A stretch of 64,000 nt of DNA from NCBI GenBank assembly GCA_944388755.1, contig CALXJY010000004.1, positions 563-64,562 on the forward strand, in the 5' to 3' direction. A program made the position numbers and the translations under genes. Origin of the DNA: an uncultured Clostridia bacterium. Its GTDB lineage: Bacteria > Bacillota > Clostridia > TANB77 > CAG-508. Below, one piece after another: positions 62,579-64,000 of this stretch (positions within the stretch are counted from its first letter, which is position 1; each line of letters opens with the position of its first letter). The notes under the pieces are model-generated. The model was not told where the DNA came from and searched no databases. It was given only the letters and a program-made list of their open reading frames with translations.

Positions 62579-63680
62579 TTAATGTGATATTTTTAAATAA
62601 CTTTCCATAAATCCATTTAAATCCCCATTCATTACTGCTTCTACATTTCCTACTTCATAATTTGTTCTATGGTCTTTAACCATTGTATATGGGCAAAATA
62701 CATATGATCGTATTTGACTTCCCCAGGCTATGTCTTTTTGTTCTCCTTTTAAATCTTCTATTTTTTCTTTTTGTTCTTTTTCTTTTAAATCTAATAGCTT
62801 TGATTTTAACATCTTCATTGCTGTTTCTCTATTTTGTATTTGTGAGCGTTCTGATTGGCATGCTACAACTATATTTGTAGGTATATGTGTTATTCTCACT
62901 GCTGATGACGTTTTATTTATATGTTGTCCTCCTGCTCCTGATGCTCTGTAAGTGTCTACTCTTAAATCATCTTGGTTTATTTGTATTTCTATATCATCTG
63001 TTATTTCTGGTAATACTTCTACTGATGCAAATGATGTATGTCTTCTTCCTCCACTATCAAATGGTGATATTCTTACTAATCTGTGTACACCTTTTTCTGA
63101 TTTCATATAACCATATGCATTTTCTCCTATAATTTCAAATGTTACGCTTTTTATTCCAGCTTCTTCTCCTTCTAAATAGTCTAATTCTTTTACTTCAAAT
63201 CCATTTTGTGTTGCCCACCTTGTATACATTCTATATAACATTTCCGCCCAATCTTGTGATTCTGTTCCTCCTGCTCCTGGGTGTATGGTTACAATTGCAT
63301 TATTATTATCATATTTTCCTGAAAATAATGTTTCTATTTCTAATTTTTCTTTTTCTTTTTTTACTATTTTTGTATTCTTTATTATTTCTCTTGCCATTTC
63401 TTCGTCATATTCTGATTGAAGTAGTTTGTTTACTTCTATTAAATTTTCTATTTCTTTTTTTATTTTATTATATGTTTCATATTTTGATTTTAATTTTTTT
63501 ATTTTTGCTAATACTTTTCCTGAATTTTGACTATCATTCCAAAATTGTGGATCTGATGTTTGATTTTCTAGGTTGGTTAATTCTTTTTCAATTTTACATA
63601 TTTCAAAGTGAATCACCTAATTCATATGTTTTTTCTAATAGTTGTTGCAATTCTTTATAGTTTTCTTCTAATTCTAACAT
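62579..63680 (-). CDS. prfB: peptide chain release factor 2, with the canonical programmed +1 frameshift at CTT TGA
   Basis: MLELEENYKELQQLLEKTYELGDSL then TGA, preceded by the SD-like AGGTGAT. The +1 frame continues EICKIEKELTNLENQTSDPQFW.. and carries SPF and GGQ (RASGAGGQHINK). Confidence 0.93.
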
Positions 63681-63860
63681 TTTATCACTCTCCCATATTT
63701 ATTTTTTAATGTTGAGGTTCCATTACCATTGGTAAAACTCCATATTTGCAGTGTGCAAATAGCTTTTTATCTCTTTGTGCAATTTCTACATCGCTCATAG
63801 ATAGCAAAAAGCTACTCTAATCATACCACACCATCTTTCCTTTTTTAAGTTAAAGGTGAG

Positions 63861-63888
63861 GAAAAAATCAACATTCTACAGTTGATTT
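63861..63888 (-). terminator. rho-independent terminator after tRNA-Thr
   Basis: 8-bp stem aaatcaac/gttgattt followed by T6 on the minus strand. Confidence 0.55.
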
Positions 63889-63924
63889 ATCAATGTTTTC
63901 GTCTAGTGCGACGATTTTACTTAA

Positions 63925-64000
63925 TGGAGCCAATAGGCAGAATCGAACTGCCGACCTACAGGTTACGAATCTGTTGCTCTACCAACTGAGCTATATTGGC
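63925..64000 (-). tRNA. tRNA-Thr (anticodon CGU), 76 nt with encoded CCA; the 5-prime end coincides with the window edge
   Basis: The reverse complement GCCAATATAGCTCAGTTGGTAGAGCAACAGATTCGTAACCTGTAGGTCGGCAGTTCGATTCTGCCTATTGGCTCCA folds as a cloverleaf. The acceptor stem is GCCAATA/TATTGGC, the T-loop is TTCGATT and the anticodon loop is TTCGTAA. Confidence 0.85.

Noticed and set aside
63711-63803. 30-aa ORF (MSDVEIAQRDKKLFAHCKYGVLPMVMEPQH) between prfB and tRNA-Thr
   Set aside because: It is too short, has no clear RBS and has no recognisable family, so it cannot be supported from sequence alone.

Overview
Very AT-rich chromosomal segment from an endospore-forming Firmicute of the Clostridia type. 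About 90% of genes lie on the minus strand. Gene order from the left:
- a partial ORF6N gene and a glucoamylase-family gene;
- a fatty-acid synthesis block (fabI, accADC, fabZ, accB, fabF, fabG, fabD, a short birA and an acyl-CoA ligase);
- ldhA;
- a poorly conserved stretch at about 14-21.5 kb (acidic coiled-coil protein, unknown ORFs, an ECF sigma factor with a beta-propeller partner, DUF4236);
- mutS, an MNT/HEPN toxin-antitoxin pair, miaB, dtd, gpsA, plsY, der, rpmE and a nucleoside kinase;
- sporulation genes (spoIIQ-like, spoIID, sigF, spoIIAB, spoIIAA, ytfJ, ytfI-like);
- scpA, recX, recA, a peptide-binding protein, a VanW protein, spoVB, eno, recN and rqcH;
- the complete spoIIIAA-AH operon;
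- yebC, glyQS, pfkA, an RluA-family synthase, prfB and tRNA-Thr(CGU).

No CRISPR array, rRNA gene, transposase or integrase was seen.

The main finding is eight reading-frame breaks in six conserved genes (mutS, spoIID, ytfJ x2, a VanW gene, spoIIIAB x2, yebC). Each break sits at a zero-frame CGG codon, and skipping its C restores the conserved protein with a glycine (GGA or GGT). The pattern follows the coding strand on both DNA strands. The only other in-frame CGG codons I found, five in total, lie in four non-conserved and visibly GC-richer ORFs, where they read through as ordinary sense codons. This suggests either CGG-triggered +1 recoding or a very specific systematic indel artefact.

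Other notable items are a TA cassette flanked by 24-bp direct repeats at the miaB-mutS junction and a 266-bp palindromic intergenic element.

All calls come from reading the sequence and the ORF track by eye. Small-motif coordinates may be off by 1-2 nt.
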